The notes: generated by a model from the letters alone, not told the origin. Positions 1-8,002 are shown, counted from the first letter of the stretch. The stretch is DNA of 10,497 nt from Bacteriovoracaceae bacterium (GCA_049599895.1 JBMYPC010000108.1:1-10497), one strand, 5' to 3'. Numbers and translations are program-made.

Positions 1-1002
1 ACTAATCCCAAGAATAAGAAAGAAAAGACGGTTTCGATTCAATCAGAGGATAAGAACTCCAGAAACGAAAGAAAAATAAAACAAAAAGAGCTCGCTAAAA
101 AAACCAAAGCGAGAAAGAGCACAAAAAGAAAACAAACTCATAAAGTTGCCAAGTATTGTAACGAAATTCAAAAACGATTTAAAAAATACAGATGGGGTCA
201 AAGCCATTGTGAAAATTATAAATGGAATCATGTAAGAGACTCTTATCTTGGGAGACCTCTTATCTGGAAAGTCTTTGGAAATGAAAAAGAGGGATCTCTT
301 CGCTCTAAGAATGTGACACTTATTTTATGTGGAGTTCATGGTGATGAGATCACACCTGTTAAGTTTTGTTTTGATCTTCTTAAGCACTTAAGTCAGTTAG
401 ATCAAAAAAGTGATTCTGATGAGAAGCTTTGGAAGAATGAAGTGGTGGCCATCGCACCTATCGTAACTCCGGACAGTTTTTTTAAAAGAAGACCAACAAG
501 GACCAATCATAAAGGTGTCGATGTAAATCGAAACTTCCCAACTAAAGATTGGGCAAAAGATGCCATGAGAATATGGAAACACCGGTATCGAAGTGATCCA
601 AGAAGATATCCTGGTGAAAAACCATTAAGTGAGCACGAAACTGTTTTTCAGGTGAATCTTATAAAACGTTATAAACCTAGTAAGATCATTTCTGTTCACG
701 CCCCACTTACGATTATTGATTATGATGGGCCAGAGCATGGCGGATTATTTTCAGCTTCAAAAGCCAATAACCTTCTGATTCAAATGAGTAAAAAAGCTAA
801 GGGCTATAGGATTAAAAATTATCCTTTCTTTCCAGGAAGTCTTGGGAATTATGCGGGCAATGAAAGAAAGATTCCAACTTATACACTTGAGCTTCCAAGC
901 AGTGATTACACTAAACATAAGCGTTATTGGAAACTCTTTAAAGATTCAGTTTCTCATGCAATCTTTGAAGACCTTAGTCCAAAGACCGCTGCCAATCCTT
1001 AA
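1..1002 (+). CDS. M14 family zinc carboxypeptidase/amidase, murein peptide amidase A (MpaA)-like; 5'-truncated by the window edge
   Basis: Frame 1 is open from base 1 (TNPKNKKEK...YCNEIQKRF...SYLGRPLIWKVFG...) into the listed 313 ORF, so the GTG at 313 is not the real start. M14 motifs: GVHGDE (HxxE Zn ligands), GVDVNRNFP, YPGEKPLSEHET, ISVHAP (third Zn ligand), PGSLGNY, TLELP (catalytic Glu). Stop TAA at 1000-1002. Confidence 0.85.
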   Translation, partial: TNPKNKKEKTVSIQSEDKNSRNERKIKQKELAKKTKARKSTKRKQTHKVAKYCNEIQKRFKKYRWGQSHCENYKWNHVRDSYLGRPLIWKVFGNEKEGSLRSKNVTLILCGVHGDEITPVKFCFDLLKHLSQLDQKSDSDEKLWKNEVVAIAPIVTPDSFFKRRPTRTNHKGVDVNRNFPTKDWAKDAMRIWKHRYRSDPRRYPGEKPLSEHETVFQVNLIKRYKPSKIISVHAPLTIIDYDGPEHGGLFSASKANNLLIQMSKKAKGYRIKNYPFFPGSLGNYAGNERKIPTYTLELPSSDYTKHKRYWKLFKDSVSHAIFEDLSPKTAANP

Positions 1003-1005
1003 ACC

Positions 1006-2205
1006 TTATAGACAACTTTCAAAAGAGACAGCAACACCTTGACCAACCCCAACACACATTGTGGCAAGGCCCTTTTTAAGGTTTGAATTATCTTTCATTG
1101 AGTGAAAGAGAGTTGTAACAATTCGAGCTCCCGAGCAGCCAAGAGGATGGCCTAAAGCTATGGCGCCACCTTTTTGATTTACAATATTTTGCTCAATCTC
1201 AAGGTCTTTTAAACAGGCCAAACTTTGAATTGCAAAGGCTTCGTTAAGTTCAACCACATCATAATCTTTTGCTGCGATTCCAAACTTCTTTTGGATTTTC
1301 TGGACGGCACCCACTGGGCCAATTCCCATAATATTGGGTTCTACTCCATGAGTGGCAGCTCCTGAGATTCGCAGAATAGGTTTTAGGTTATGTTTCTTTA
1401 AAAAGGCTTCGCTAACAACCGCGACGAGTGCTGCTCCATCATTCATGCTTGAGGCATTTCCGGCTGTGACCGTACCATCTGCTTTAAAGACAGCTCTTAA
1501 CTTTGAAAGCTTCTCTAAAGAGGTATCGGGCCGTGGCCCTTCATCCTTTTCAAGAGTAAGGGTTGATTTTCTAAGGGCAATCTCAATGGGGAGAACCTCA
1601 TTTTTGAAAAGATCATTGTCCCAAGCTGCAATGGCTTTTTGATGAGAGTTTAAAGCAAATTGGTCTTGTTCTTCTCTTGAAATAGAGTAGTGTTTGTGGA
1701 GTTCTTCTGCAGTTTGTCCCATTCCAAAGAGAGGGAACATGGCCTCCATCTTGGGGTTTGGAAACCTCCAGCCGAAAGTCGTGTCATACATTTTAGAGTC
1801 CCGACCAAAAGGAGTTGATCCTTTTGAAACTACAAGTGGTGCGCGAGTCATACTTTCAGCTCCACCTACAAGAACACAATCAGCGTAACCTGCTTTAATC
1901 CTTGCACTGGCATCTAAGACTGCATCAAGGGATGAGGCACAGAGACGGTTAAGAGTGACTCCTGGGACTGAATAGGGGAAGCCTGCAAGGACCACGGCCA
2001 TTCTTGCAAGGTTTCGATTATCTTCTCCTGCTTGATTAGCACAACCAACGATAACTTCATCCACTTCTTCCATGGAAAAATCACTTTGTTTTTTAAAGTC
2101 GATTAAAAGATCGGCCATAAGATCATCGACTCTTTTATGAGAGAGACCGCCACCGAGTCTTCCAATGGGAGTTCTTTTGGCATAGATGAGGTAAGTCTCA
2201 GTCAT
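1006..2205 (-). CDS. paaJ: Thiolase, 3-oxoadipyl-CoA/3-oxo-5,6-dehydrosuberyl-CoA thiolase (PaaJ/PcaF type)
   Basis: Thiolase catalytic motifs NRLCASS, NEAFA, GAIALGHPLGCSG and CVGVGQG. PaaJ/PcaF-specific segments GCANQAGEDNRNLARM and DTTFGWRFPNP. AAGGA RBS upstream. Lies in a paa context. Confidence 0.88.
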   Translation of the reverse strand: MTETYLIYAKRTPIGRLGGGLSHKRVDDLMADLLIDFKKQSDFSMEEVDEVIVGCANQAGEDNRNLARMAVVLAGFPYSVPGVTLNRLCASSLDAVLDASARIKAGYADCVLVGGAESMTRAPLVVSKGSTPFGRDSKMYDTTFGWRFPNPKMEAMFPLFGMGQTAEELHKHYSISREEQDQFALNSHQKAIAAWDNDLFKNEVLPIEIALRKSTLTLEKDEGPRPDTSLEKLSKLRAVFKADGTVTAGNASSMNDGAALVAVVSEAFLKKHNLKPILRISGAATHGVEPNIMGIGPVGAVQKIQKKFGIAAKDYDVVELNEAFAIQSLACLKDLEIEQNIVNQKGGAIALGHPLGCSGARIVTTLFHSMKDNSNLKKGLATMCVGVGQGVAVSFESCL

Positions 2206-2218
2206 AGGGATATCCTTT

Positions 2219-2869
2219 TTAAATATCTTGTCTTAGAAGTTCCGAGCATGCGTAACGTTTATCTTTTTTGGCTTCAAAAAGATCATCAAGAAGATAGACA
2301 ATACTCTTGAGACTTCCTTTATCGGCCCATTCAAATGGGCCGAGGGGATAGTTTACGCCGTATTTCATTGCTGTATCAATATCTTCTTTTGTGCAAAGTC
2401 CATCTTCGAGAGAGAAGTAGGCTTCATTAATAATCATGGCAAGTGTTTGAGATAGGGGAAAAACATCATTTAAAACTTTGATTTCAAAACTTTCTAAAGA
2501 AAGTGTTTCTTGGGCCCAGCTTGTAAACTCTTTTTTATGATCATCAAGTTCTGAGTAAAGAAGCTCGAACTTATTCTTAGGAGAGTAAGTATTGAGGTTG
2601 AAGCAAAGTTTTAAAGCAGGGCAAATCTTTTTGTACTTTGGGATGTAATAAGCTCCAAGGTCTGAGTAAATTAGGGCAGAGCTTTTTTTATTGATATCCG
2701 ATAAGAGTTCCTCTTTTTGATTTGGTGGCAAAAGAGTGAGATCAAGAACAGTTCTTTCATTGAGAAGAGAGAAGTCTTTTTTTATCTCTACGAGGTCGAT
2801 ATAGTTTGGGAGAACTTTCACTCTCTCAAAGTGTGGGTGATCTGGGGTACAAAGGATATAATCAATCAT
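2219..2869 (-). CDS. 3-hydroxyacyl-CoA dehydrogenase C-terminal-domain protein (equivalent to the second half of PaaH)
   Basis: C-terminal 3HCDH dimerisation motif LAMIINEAYFSLEDG...EDIDTAMKYGVNYPLGPFEWAD. The N-terminal part is degenerate and has no GxGxxG. Its start overlaps the upstream stop in ATGATTGA (2869-2862). Confidence 0.75.
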   Translation of the reverse strand: MIDYILCTPDHPHFERVKVLPNYIDLVEIKKDFSLLNERTVLDLTLLPPNQKEELLSDINKKSSALIYSDLGAYYIPKYKKICPALKLCFNLNTYSPKNKFELLYSELDDHKKEFTSWAQETLSLESFEIKVLNDVFPLSQTLAMIINEAYFSLEDGLCTKEDIDTAMKYGVNYPLGPFEWADKGSLKSIVYLLDDLFEAKKDKRYACSELLRQDI

Positions 2870-3728
2870 ACTTATAAAATCCCTTTGATACCTTTTTCCC
2901 TATTCGTCCTGATTCCACCATCGACTTTTGAATGGGGTGGGGAGCGAATCGAGGCTCTCTATAAAACGCGTCCCAGACACATTCCGTGACATTGAGATTC
3001 ACATCAATTCCAATGAGATCCATTAATTGAAAGGGGCCTAATCGAAAGCCACCAACTTCTTGTAAAACGGAGTCATGTTCTTCCACTTTTTCAGTGTTGT
3101 TTTCTTTTATGATTCGAAAGGCTTCTCCATAAAAGTTTCTTGCCACTCTATTGACAATAAAGCCAGGAGAGTTCTTGCAGACAGCAATTCTCTTACCTTT
3201 ACTTTCAAAGTACTCTTTCATCCTCTGGATTAAGGCTTTTGAGATTGTCTTTGATTTCACAATCTCAACCAGCTTCATAATTGGGGCAGGATTGAAAAAA
3301 TGAATTCCACAAAACTTTACTTTGATTTTTTCAGGAAGAGCGGCACAAAGACCATCAATGGAAAGGGATGAAGTGTTGGTTGCCACAATTTGAGTGCTAT
3401 TGATTGTCTCAAGAACTTCATTAAAGAGTTTTACTTTAAGTTCAAAGATTTCGGGAACAGCTTCAAGCACCAGATCAAAGTCTTTATTCATGAGATTTTT
3501 CAGATCATTTTCAAAAGAAAGCTTTTTGTGAAAAGTTTTAACATGATCTTCTGAAAACTTTCCTTTTTCTTTGAGCTTATTCCACGAGAACGTAATTTGT
3601 TTATTGGCTTTTTCTGTTACTTCTTGAAAAGGATCGTAACAGACAACTTGAGCTTTTTGCTGAGCAAACCACTGAGCGATACCACTTCCCATGGTACCGC
3701 TTCCAATTATAAGAACTGTTTGAAACAT
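2862..3728 (-). CDS. paaH: 3-hydroxyacyl-CoA dehydrogenase, NAD-binding (PaaH-like, N-terminal half)
   Basis: Rossmann motif IIGSGTMGSGIA, plus LEAVPE, ATNTSSLSI, GIHFFNPAPIMKLVE (catalytic His/Glu), PGFIVNRVAR, GFRLGPFQLMDLIGIDVN and GRIGKKVSKGFY. Lies in a paa context. Confidence 0.85.
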   Translation of the reverse strand: MFQTVLIIGSGTMGSGIAQWFAQQKAQVVCYDPFQEVTEKANKQITFSWNKLKEKGKFSEDHVKTFHKKLSFENDLKNLMNKDFDLVLEAVPEIFELKVKLFNEVLETINSTQIVATNTSSLSIDGLCAALPEKIKVKFCGIHFFNPAPIMKLVEIVKSKTISKALIQRMKEYFESKGKRIAVCKNSPGFIVNRVARNFYGEAFRIIKENNTEKVEEHDSVLQEVGGFRLGPFQLMDLIGIDVNLNVTECVWDAFYREPRFAPHPIQKSMVESGRIGKKVSKGFYKYD

Positions 3729-3739
3729 GGGACCTTCAG

Positions 3740-4567
3740 TTATTGAGGCTGTTCAGTCTCATTATACTCAGGAATAACCAATCCCACTTCCTCACAAAGT
3801 GTTTTGATCTCAGCGATGAAAGTTTCTCTAATCGCCATATTGGTTCTTTTCTTAAGACCAAGCCTTACATAAAGATCGTTTCTTTTTCCTTTACCTCGAC
3901 CAAAGACATTCATGGTTCTTGGCCACCATATATTCAGTCGCTCTTGAAGAAATTCTTTCTCTTTAGGGTCTTTACCAAGAATTTTCACCCATTTATCACC
4001 ATGAGCAAGGTGCATCACTTCTTCTTTATAAATTCCTTCAATTCCTTTTTTCCAGGGAAGGTAACTACTATGGAGAGTGTCCTGAAGTTGGTGACCAGCT
4101 GCTCTATCCATTAAAAAGTTAAAAAGGATAAAGTCTGTCCAGTAGTTGATCCCATAATAGAAGATATTCACTCGGTAGTCGTTTTTAAGACGTTGAAAAC
4201 CAATATTCGCCTTATCTTCTTCGAGTTTATAACCCATCTCAGTGTTTTCAATGTGAGATGCTGCATCTTCACCTAGGCCTTCCAAGATTCTGTAGATAAC
4301 GGAAGCATGTCGCATTTCATCTTTTACAATTTGTGCCACTAAAACTTTCTCTTGAACCCCTGGTGCCTTTTCAATCCAAGGCATATAACCTAATGCTCCT
4401 GAGTATTCGCTATCTCCTTGCATCCATAAAAGGTTCAGAAGTGCTTTTCTATAGATTGGAGGAAGTTCATCACCTTTATCAAAAGTTCTTCCTTCTTTAA
4501 TTTCTTCAAAAAGTTTTAACTCTTCAGCGGAATATTCCGAATCTAAGTTTCTTGCTGCTTCACTCAT
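3740..4567 (-). CDS. Ferritin-like diiron ring-epoxidase subunit, PaaA/PaaC family (catalytic PaaA-like, divergent)
   Basis: GDSE...WIEKAP...EKVLVAQIVKDEMRH...YRILEGLG, NIFYY...WTD...FLMDRAAGHQL...SSYLPW...KEEVMHLAHG and QERLNIWWP...FG match the PaaA_PaaC family. Both ExxH motifs are present. Strong GAGGAGG RBS. Confidence 0.8.
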   Translation of the reverse strand: MSEAARNLDSEYSAEELKLFEEIKEGRTFDKGDELPPIYRKALLNLLWMQGDSEYSGALGYMPWIEKAPGVQEKVLVAQIVKDEMRHASVIYRILEGLGEDAASHIENTEMGYKLEEDKANIGFQRLKNDYRVNIFYYGINYWTDFILFNFLMDRAAGHQLQDTLHSSYLPWKKGIEGIYKEEVMHLAHGDKWVKILGKDPKEKEFLQERLNIWWPRTMNVFGRGKGKRNDLYVRLGLKKRTNMAIRETFIAEIKTLCEEVGLVIPEYNETEQPQ

Positions 4568-4580
4568 ATATCCTCCTCAA

Positions 4581-5342
4581 TTATTCAAAGCTTGGTGGGC
4601 GCTTCTCAAAAAAGGCCTTAAGGCCTTCTTGGTAGTTGGGATGATTTCCCAACATTCTTTGCCCGATAACTTCATTTTTTAAATTATGTTGAAATGTTGA
4701 TTCTTGTGATTCTTGTAAATTCTTTTTAACGATCGCCAGTGCATTTGGGCCACAGAGGGAGATCATTTTTGCTGCTTGTAAGGCTTTTTCCATTGGATCT
4801 TCAGAAAGATCATTAATGAGACCAACATTTTTCAACTCTTCAGCAAATAGGGGAGAGTTTGAAATGTAGAACTCGAAAGTCTTTTTAGGCCCAATCGAGC
4901 GACTGAGAAGATAAGTTGATCCTGCATCAAGGCAAAGGGCAAGTTTTCCAAAACCACCAACAAACTTTGTTTGAGGTTTACAATAAACAAGATCGCAATT
5001 GAGAGCAATTGAGACTCCCGCTCCAGCTGCCACACCATTTACTGCGGCAATTACTGGCTTTGAACTCTTCCTTATGGACTCAATTAGAGGGTTCCACTCT
5101 GTTTCGAGGGTTGTTCCTAGGTCTGTACCACCTCCAACATTACGATCATTGAGATCTTGACCTGTGCAAAAGGCTTTACCAGCACCTGTGAGAATGATTG
5201 AGCGTATACGAGAGTCTTCAGAGGCCTTGTTAATAATATCCGCCAGTTGAAGCTTATTTTCTTTCGAAAGACCGTTGTAAACCTCTGGGCGGTTAATAGT
5301 GATGATTTGGATGTTCTCTTTTATTTCGAACTCTATAGGCAC
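4581..5342 (-). CDS. paaG: Enoyl-CoA hydratase/isomerase family, ring-1,2-epoxyphenylacetyl-CoA isomerase (PaaG)
   Basis: INRPEVYN, LTGAGKAFCTGQDLNDRNV...DLG...WNPLI and KPVIAAVNGVAAGAG, a catalytic Asp in LCLDAG, and a C-terminal EGLKAFFEKRPPSF. The GQDLNDRNV segment is PaaG-like. GTG start with AGGAG 9 nt upstream. Confidence 0.82.
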   Translation of the reverse strand: MPIEFEIKENIQIITINRPEVYNGLSKENKLQLADIINKASEDSRIRSIILTGAGKAFCTGQDLNDRNVGGGTDLGTTLETEWNPLIESIRKSSKPVIAAVNGVAAGAGVSIALNCDLVYCKPQTKFVGGFGKLALCLDAGSTYLLSRSIGPKKTFEFYISNSPLFAEELKNVGLINDLSEDPMEKALQAAKMISLCGPNALAIVKKNLQESQESTFQHNLKNEVIGQRMLGNHPNYQEGLKAFFEKRPPSFE

Positions 5343-5411
5343 TGCTTGGTCTCCTAAATAGTGCTTTGTGTTGAAAAGATGTGTTTTTTCGTATAAAAAG
5401 ATACCAAAAAG

Positions 5412-5423
5412 CCATTTAAATGG
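5412..5423. promoter_or_regulatory. Perfect 12-bp palindrome CCATTTAAATGG in the paaG/regulator divergent intergenic region; possible operator
   Basis: The palindrome is seen directly, about 70 bp upstream of the paaG start. Its function is not established. Confidence 0.3.
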
Positions 5424-5541
5424 GCAAACTTTGATGTATAAAGTCGAAAATTTAGCTCTTAAAAGCTTAAAGTTCTAAATCTACGACACTTGTCACATCT
5501 TTGTTTAAGAGAATTTAGGCTAAAAGTAGGGATAATTCATT

Positions 5542-6462
5542 TTGTTAGAAAAAGAGAATATAAAATATCTGTTTCGAGAACTTAATCAGAGATTTGATAA
5601 ATCCGAGTTGTCTGATCTTCTTGAAGTTTCACGAAAGACCTTATCATCAGCAACAGAAAGAGGGGATATTGTTCTTTATGACCTGGTTCATATTTCTGAG
5701 AAGCTCAACATTGCAGTCGAAAATATTCTTTCACAAAACTATGATTTACCAGTTGCCTGCAATTATATTGAGGGCGAAAAGCAAACTCTTCCAAATCGCT
5801 ATAATCGTTGTTTTTCAAGCCGCATAAGAACTATTAAAAGTGCTTTAAGTCTTCTAGGGAAGATGTCAAAGCAGAACCAAGACTTTTTACTTCGTAAATT
5901 TCAGTTAACACCAGAAATTCTTGAAAATGAAGATGAGCTAATTGGGGGACAACTGCTTCTCGATATTTACTCTTATGTTGACTCTCAACCAATTTTTTCT
6001 GGGAAAAAAGTGTTTGAAATTTTAGGTCATTCAGCTTCAGATGCATTTAAGGGAAGCGAACTTGCTGGACATTTAAAAAATTATTCAGGAGCAAAGGAAG
6101 CCTTAGAATATTTTATTGAAGAATTAACTCCTATCGTTGAGACGAATCAGGATTACAAAATTCATAAATCTGATTCCAATAGCATAATTTTTTCTCACAA
6201 TGTAAAAGACTCAATCTCTGAATCATTGCAAACAGAACATTATGGAGGCCCAAATATGGACCTCCATATAAAGTCTTGGTTTTCTAACTTTACGACATTT
6301 ATTGGCCTACAGCCTGTTGAGGTAAAGAAACGATCTTGTGTCCAGGACGGTGATTCAACTTGCAAATACGAGCTATACTTTCCTCAGACTTTTTGGAAAC
6401 AACGATTCTTTGGTCCCAAACATTCTGATACTCCACAATGGCATCAAGGGAGTCTTGGCTAG
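5542..6462 (+). CDS. Putative transcriptional regulator: degenerate N-terminal XRE-type HTH plus C-terminal V4R/HNOB-like putative ligand-binding domain
   Basis: The N-terminus SELSDLLEVSRKTLSSATERG...LVHISEKLNIAVENIL fits an XRE HTH. The C-terminal VEVKKRSCVQDGDSTCKYEL fits the V4R-type C-x3-G-x3-C-x-[FY] motif. TTG start with AGGGA 9 nt upstream. Confidence 0.6.
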   Translation: MLEKENIKYLFRELNQRFDKSELSDLLEVSRKTLSSATERGDIVLYDLVHISEKLNIAVENILSQNYDLPVACNYIEGEKQTLPNRYNRCFSSRIRTIKSALSLLGKMSKQNQDFLLRKFQLTPEILENEDELIGGQLLLDIYSYVDSQPIFSGKKVFEILGHSASDAFKGSELAGHLKNYSGAKEALEYFIEELTPIVETNQDYKIHKSDSNSIIFSHNVKDSISESLQTEHYGGPNMDLHIKSWFSNFTTFIGLQPVEVKKRSCVQDGDSTCKYELYFPQTFWKQRFFGPKHSDTPQWHQGSLG

Positions 6463-7114
6463 GATTTTCGAAGGTTAAAATTTCAAAATCATCATTCATA
6501 AGCTGCTCAAGAGGGACTGCAGGCAATGTTCGACCTTCAAGTGATAGTGGTTCATAGCCAATTTTTTGAATAATGGTATTGGCCTTAGTGCGAAGTCTAC
6601 CAACACAAAATGAAAATGGGGTGTCAAACTCATAATGGTATTGAGCTACCAAAGGAAGAAAGAGCCGCAGAAGCGATGCTCTTGCTCTGCGATCTCTAAT
6701 TCTTGGGGCCATTGTAAAACTCGATGTATAAGCAACATCTCCCGTTTTTTCGACAACCGTTTCGATAAAGCTTTCAATAGCCTTAAGATGTTCTTTTATG
6801 TTCGCTTTTTTGATCATCTCATAACCTCCAAAAGGAAGATTATAAAATTTACTGTCATTTTTTGTGATGGCCTTTGTACATAGTAATGGTTCTAAGCCTT
6901 CATCATTTTGTTCGCAGACTAAAAGATGGGTGCCAATTGTATCTGTTGTATCAATGGCAAGATAACCTGTTTCTAATGTGCGAAAACCATCAGACTTTAA
7001 CTTTAGAACTTTTCCAAAGAAATCTCTGAATTCTGGTATGTGCATAAATTTTAATGGATTATCAACCATAACGATTTGATAATTTGATTTCTTATCAATA
7101 TTAATTACTGACAT
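6299..7114 (-). CDS. GNAT-fold protein, divergent LuxI/FeeM-like putative N-acyl synthase
   Basis: Motif order resembles acyl-HSL/N-acyl amino acid synthases: VLKLKSDGF (cf. LRxxVF), IDTTDTIGTHLLV (cf. DxxD...HLL), LLCTKAI (cf. VGxxRL), LPF, AYTSSFTMAPRIR (cf. ELSRF..P..R), IIQKIGYEPL (cf. xxRxG). Strong TAAGGAG RBS. The canonical Trp and several Arg/Glu residues of LuxI are substituted. Confidence 0.5.
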   Translation of the reverse strand: MSVINIDKKSNYQIVMVDNPLKFMHIPEFRDFFGKVLKLKSDGFRTLETGYLAIDTTDTIGTHLLVCEQNDEGLEPLLCTKAITKNDSKFYNLPFGGYEMIKKANIKEHLKAIESFIETVVEKTGDVAYTSSFTMAPRIRDRRARASLLRLFLPLVAQYHYEFDTPFSFCVGRLRTKANTIIQKIGYEPLSLEGRTLPAVPLEQLMNDDFEILTFENPSQDSLDAIVEYQNVWDQRIVVSKKSEESIARICKLNHRPGHKIVSLPQQAVGQ

Positions 7115-7155
7115 GCTTACTCCTTAAGCCGATTCCCTTCCTGGGAAAAGTCAAT

Positions 7156-7944
7156 TCACTTAGTTCCTTTTGTAATAAACTTTGTATGAAACAGTGGGGT
7201 TAGGGGATTTTGAATTTCTTCAAGATAGGCATTAATGAAGTCATCAATCGAGCTTTTGTTTGTAAAGACTCTATTAAGAGAAGGGCGAATGAGCTCACAT
7301 CGACTTCTGTTATTCTCTATTTCTTCATTTCTATCTTTCCCTTTAAAATCATGAAAAGTTGTCTTCCATTCAATGTCTTTAAACTGTTCAAGGTTAAACA
7401 TTTGAGGGAGTTTGCGACCAATAAATAAATCGACTCCAAGTTTTGTATTGAGACTTTCAAGGTCTGACTGAAGTTTTTGATTTAAGGTTCCAATATTAAG
7501 AAAAAGGCCATCAAAGTCGATAATGATTAATTGACCACCAGGTTTTAGAACTCGTTTAAGAGATTTGATAAGACCTTGACGGTTATCAACATGTTCAATG
7601 ACGTAACGGCAGATAATTTTATCGAAAGTATTATCAGCGAACTCTAAGTCAAAAAGGTTTTGTTTTGCATAATGAATTTGATTATTATGGATTCCCAGCT
7701 GAGAGTTTTTAGCAATTTCAACTCGATCTAAGGATTGATCGACACCAAATATTTCAAGATTGTGGTTTGGATAATTTTCGCATAAAAACTTAGAGACGAT
7801 TCCTGTTCCACATCCTGCATCTAAAACTTTTTCGTTCTCTGAAAATGTAACGCCTAACAACTCTTGATCTACGCTGTAATGCTTTTGGCGACTTTGTTTT
7901 TCTAGCCTTCGGCCTTCACCTGAGTTCTCGAGGACATAACCCAT
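7156..7944 (-). CDS. Class I SAM-dependent methyltransferase (small-molecule type)
   Basis: Motif I VLDAGCGTG, acidic GVD, FADNTFDKIICRYVIEHV and LKRVLKPGGQLIIID, with an N-terminal ExxRLxxQ. Start reassigned from TTG 7980 to ATG 7944, which has TAAGGAG 9 nt upstream (262 aa). Confidence 0.88.
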   Translation of the reverse strand: MGYVLENSGEGRRLEKQSRQKHYSVDQELLGVTFSENEKVLDAGCGTGIVSKFLCENYPNHNLEIFGVDQSLDRVEIAKNSQLGIHNNQIHYAKQNLFDLEFADNTFDKIICRYVIEHVDNRQGLIKSLKRVLKPGGQLIIIDFDGLFLNIGTLNQKLQSDLESLNTKLGVDLFIGRKLPQMFNLEQFKDIEWKTTFHDFKGKDRNEEIENNRSRCELIRPSLNRVFTNKSSIDDFINAYLEEIQNPLTPLFHTKFITKGTK

Positions 7945-8002
7945 AATAATTAACTCCTTAAGTCTTGCTGTGATTGGCAAGATTATTTCTATCTAATGGA
8001 AT

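Noticed and set aside
313..315. Listed GTG start of the peptidase ORF
   Set aside because: The frame is open to base 1 and includes the M14-typical SYLGRPL segment upstream, so the true start lies outside the window.
43..5038. Short alternative-frame ORFs (43-231, 397-582, 842-1042, 1352-1642, 1694-1888, 2717-2989, 3743-4114, 4832-5038)
   Set aside because: They are shadows of well-supported genes with no recognisable motifs. The Phe-rich 43-231 ORF is just the antisense of the Lys-rich tract.
7945..7980. Listed TTG start (7980) of the methyltransferase
   Set aside because: It has no RBS, while ATG 7944 has a well-spaced TAAGGAG lying inside this extension.
7975..7990. Possible sigma-54 promoter TGGCAA-N5-TTTC on the + strand
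   Set aside because: The essential -12 GC is missing.
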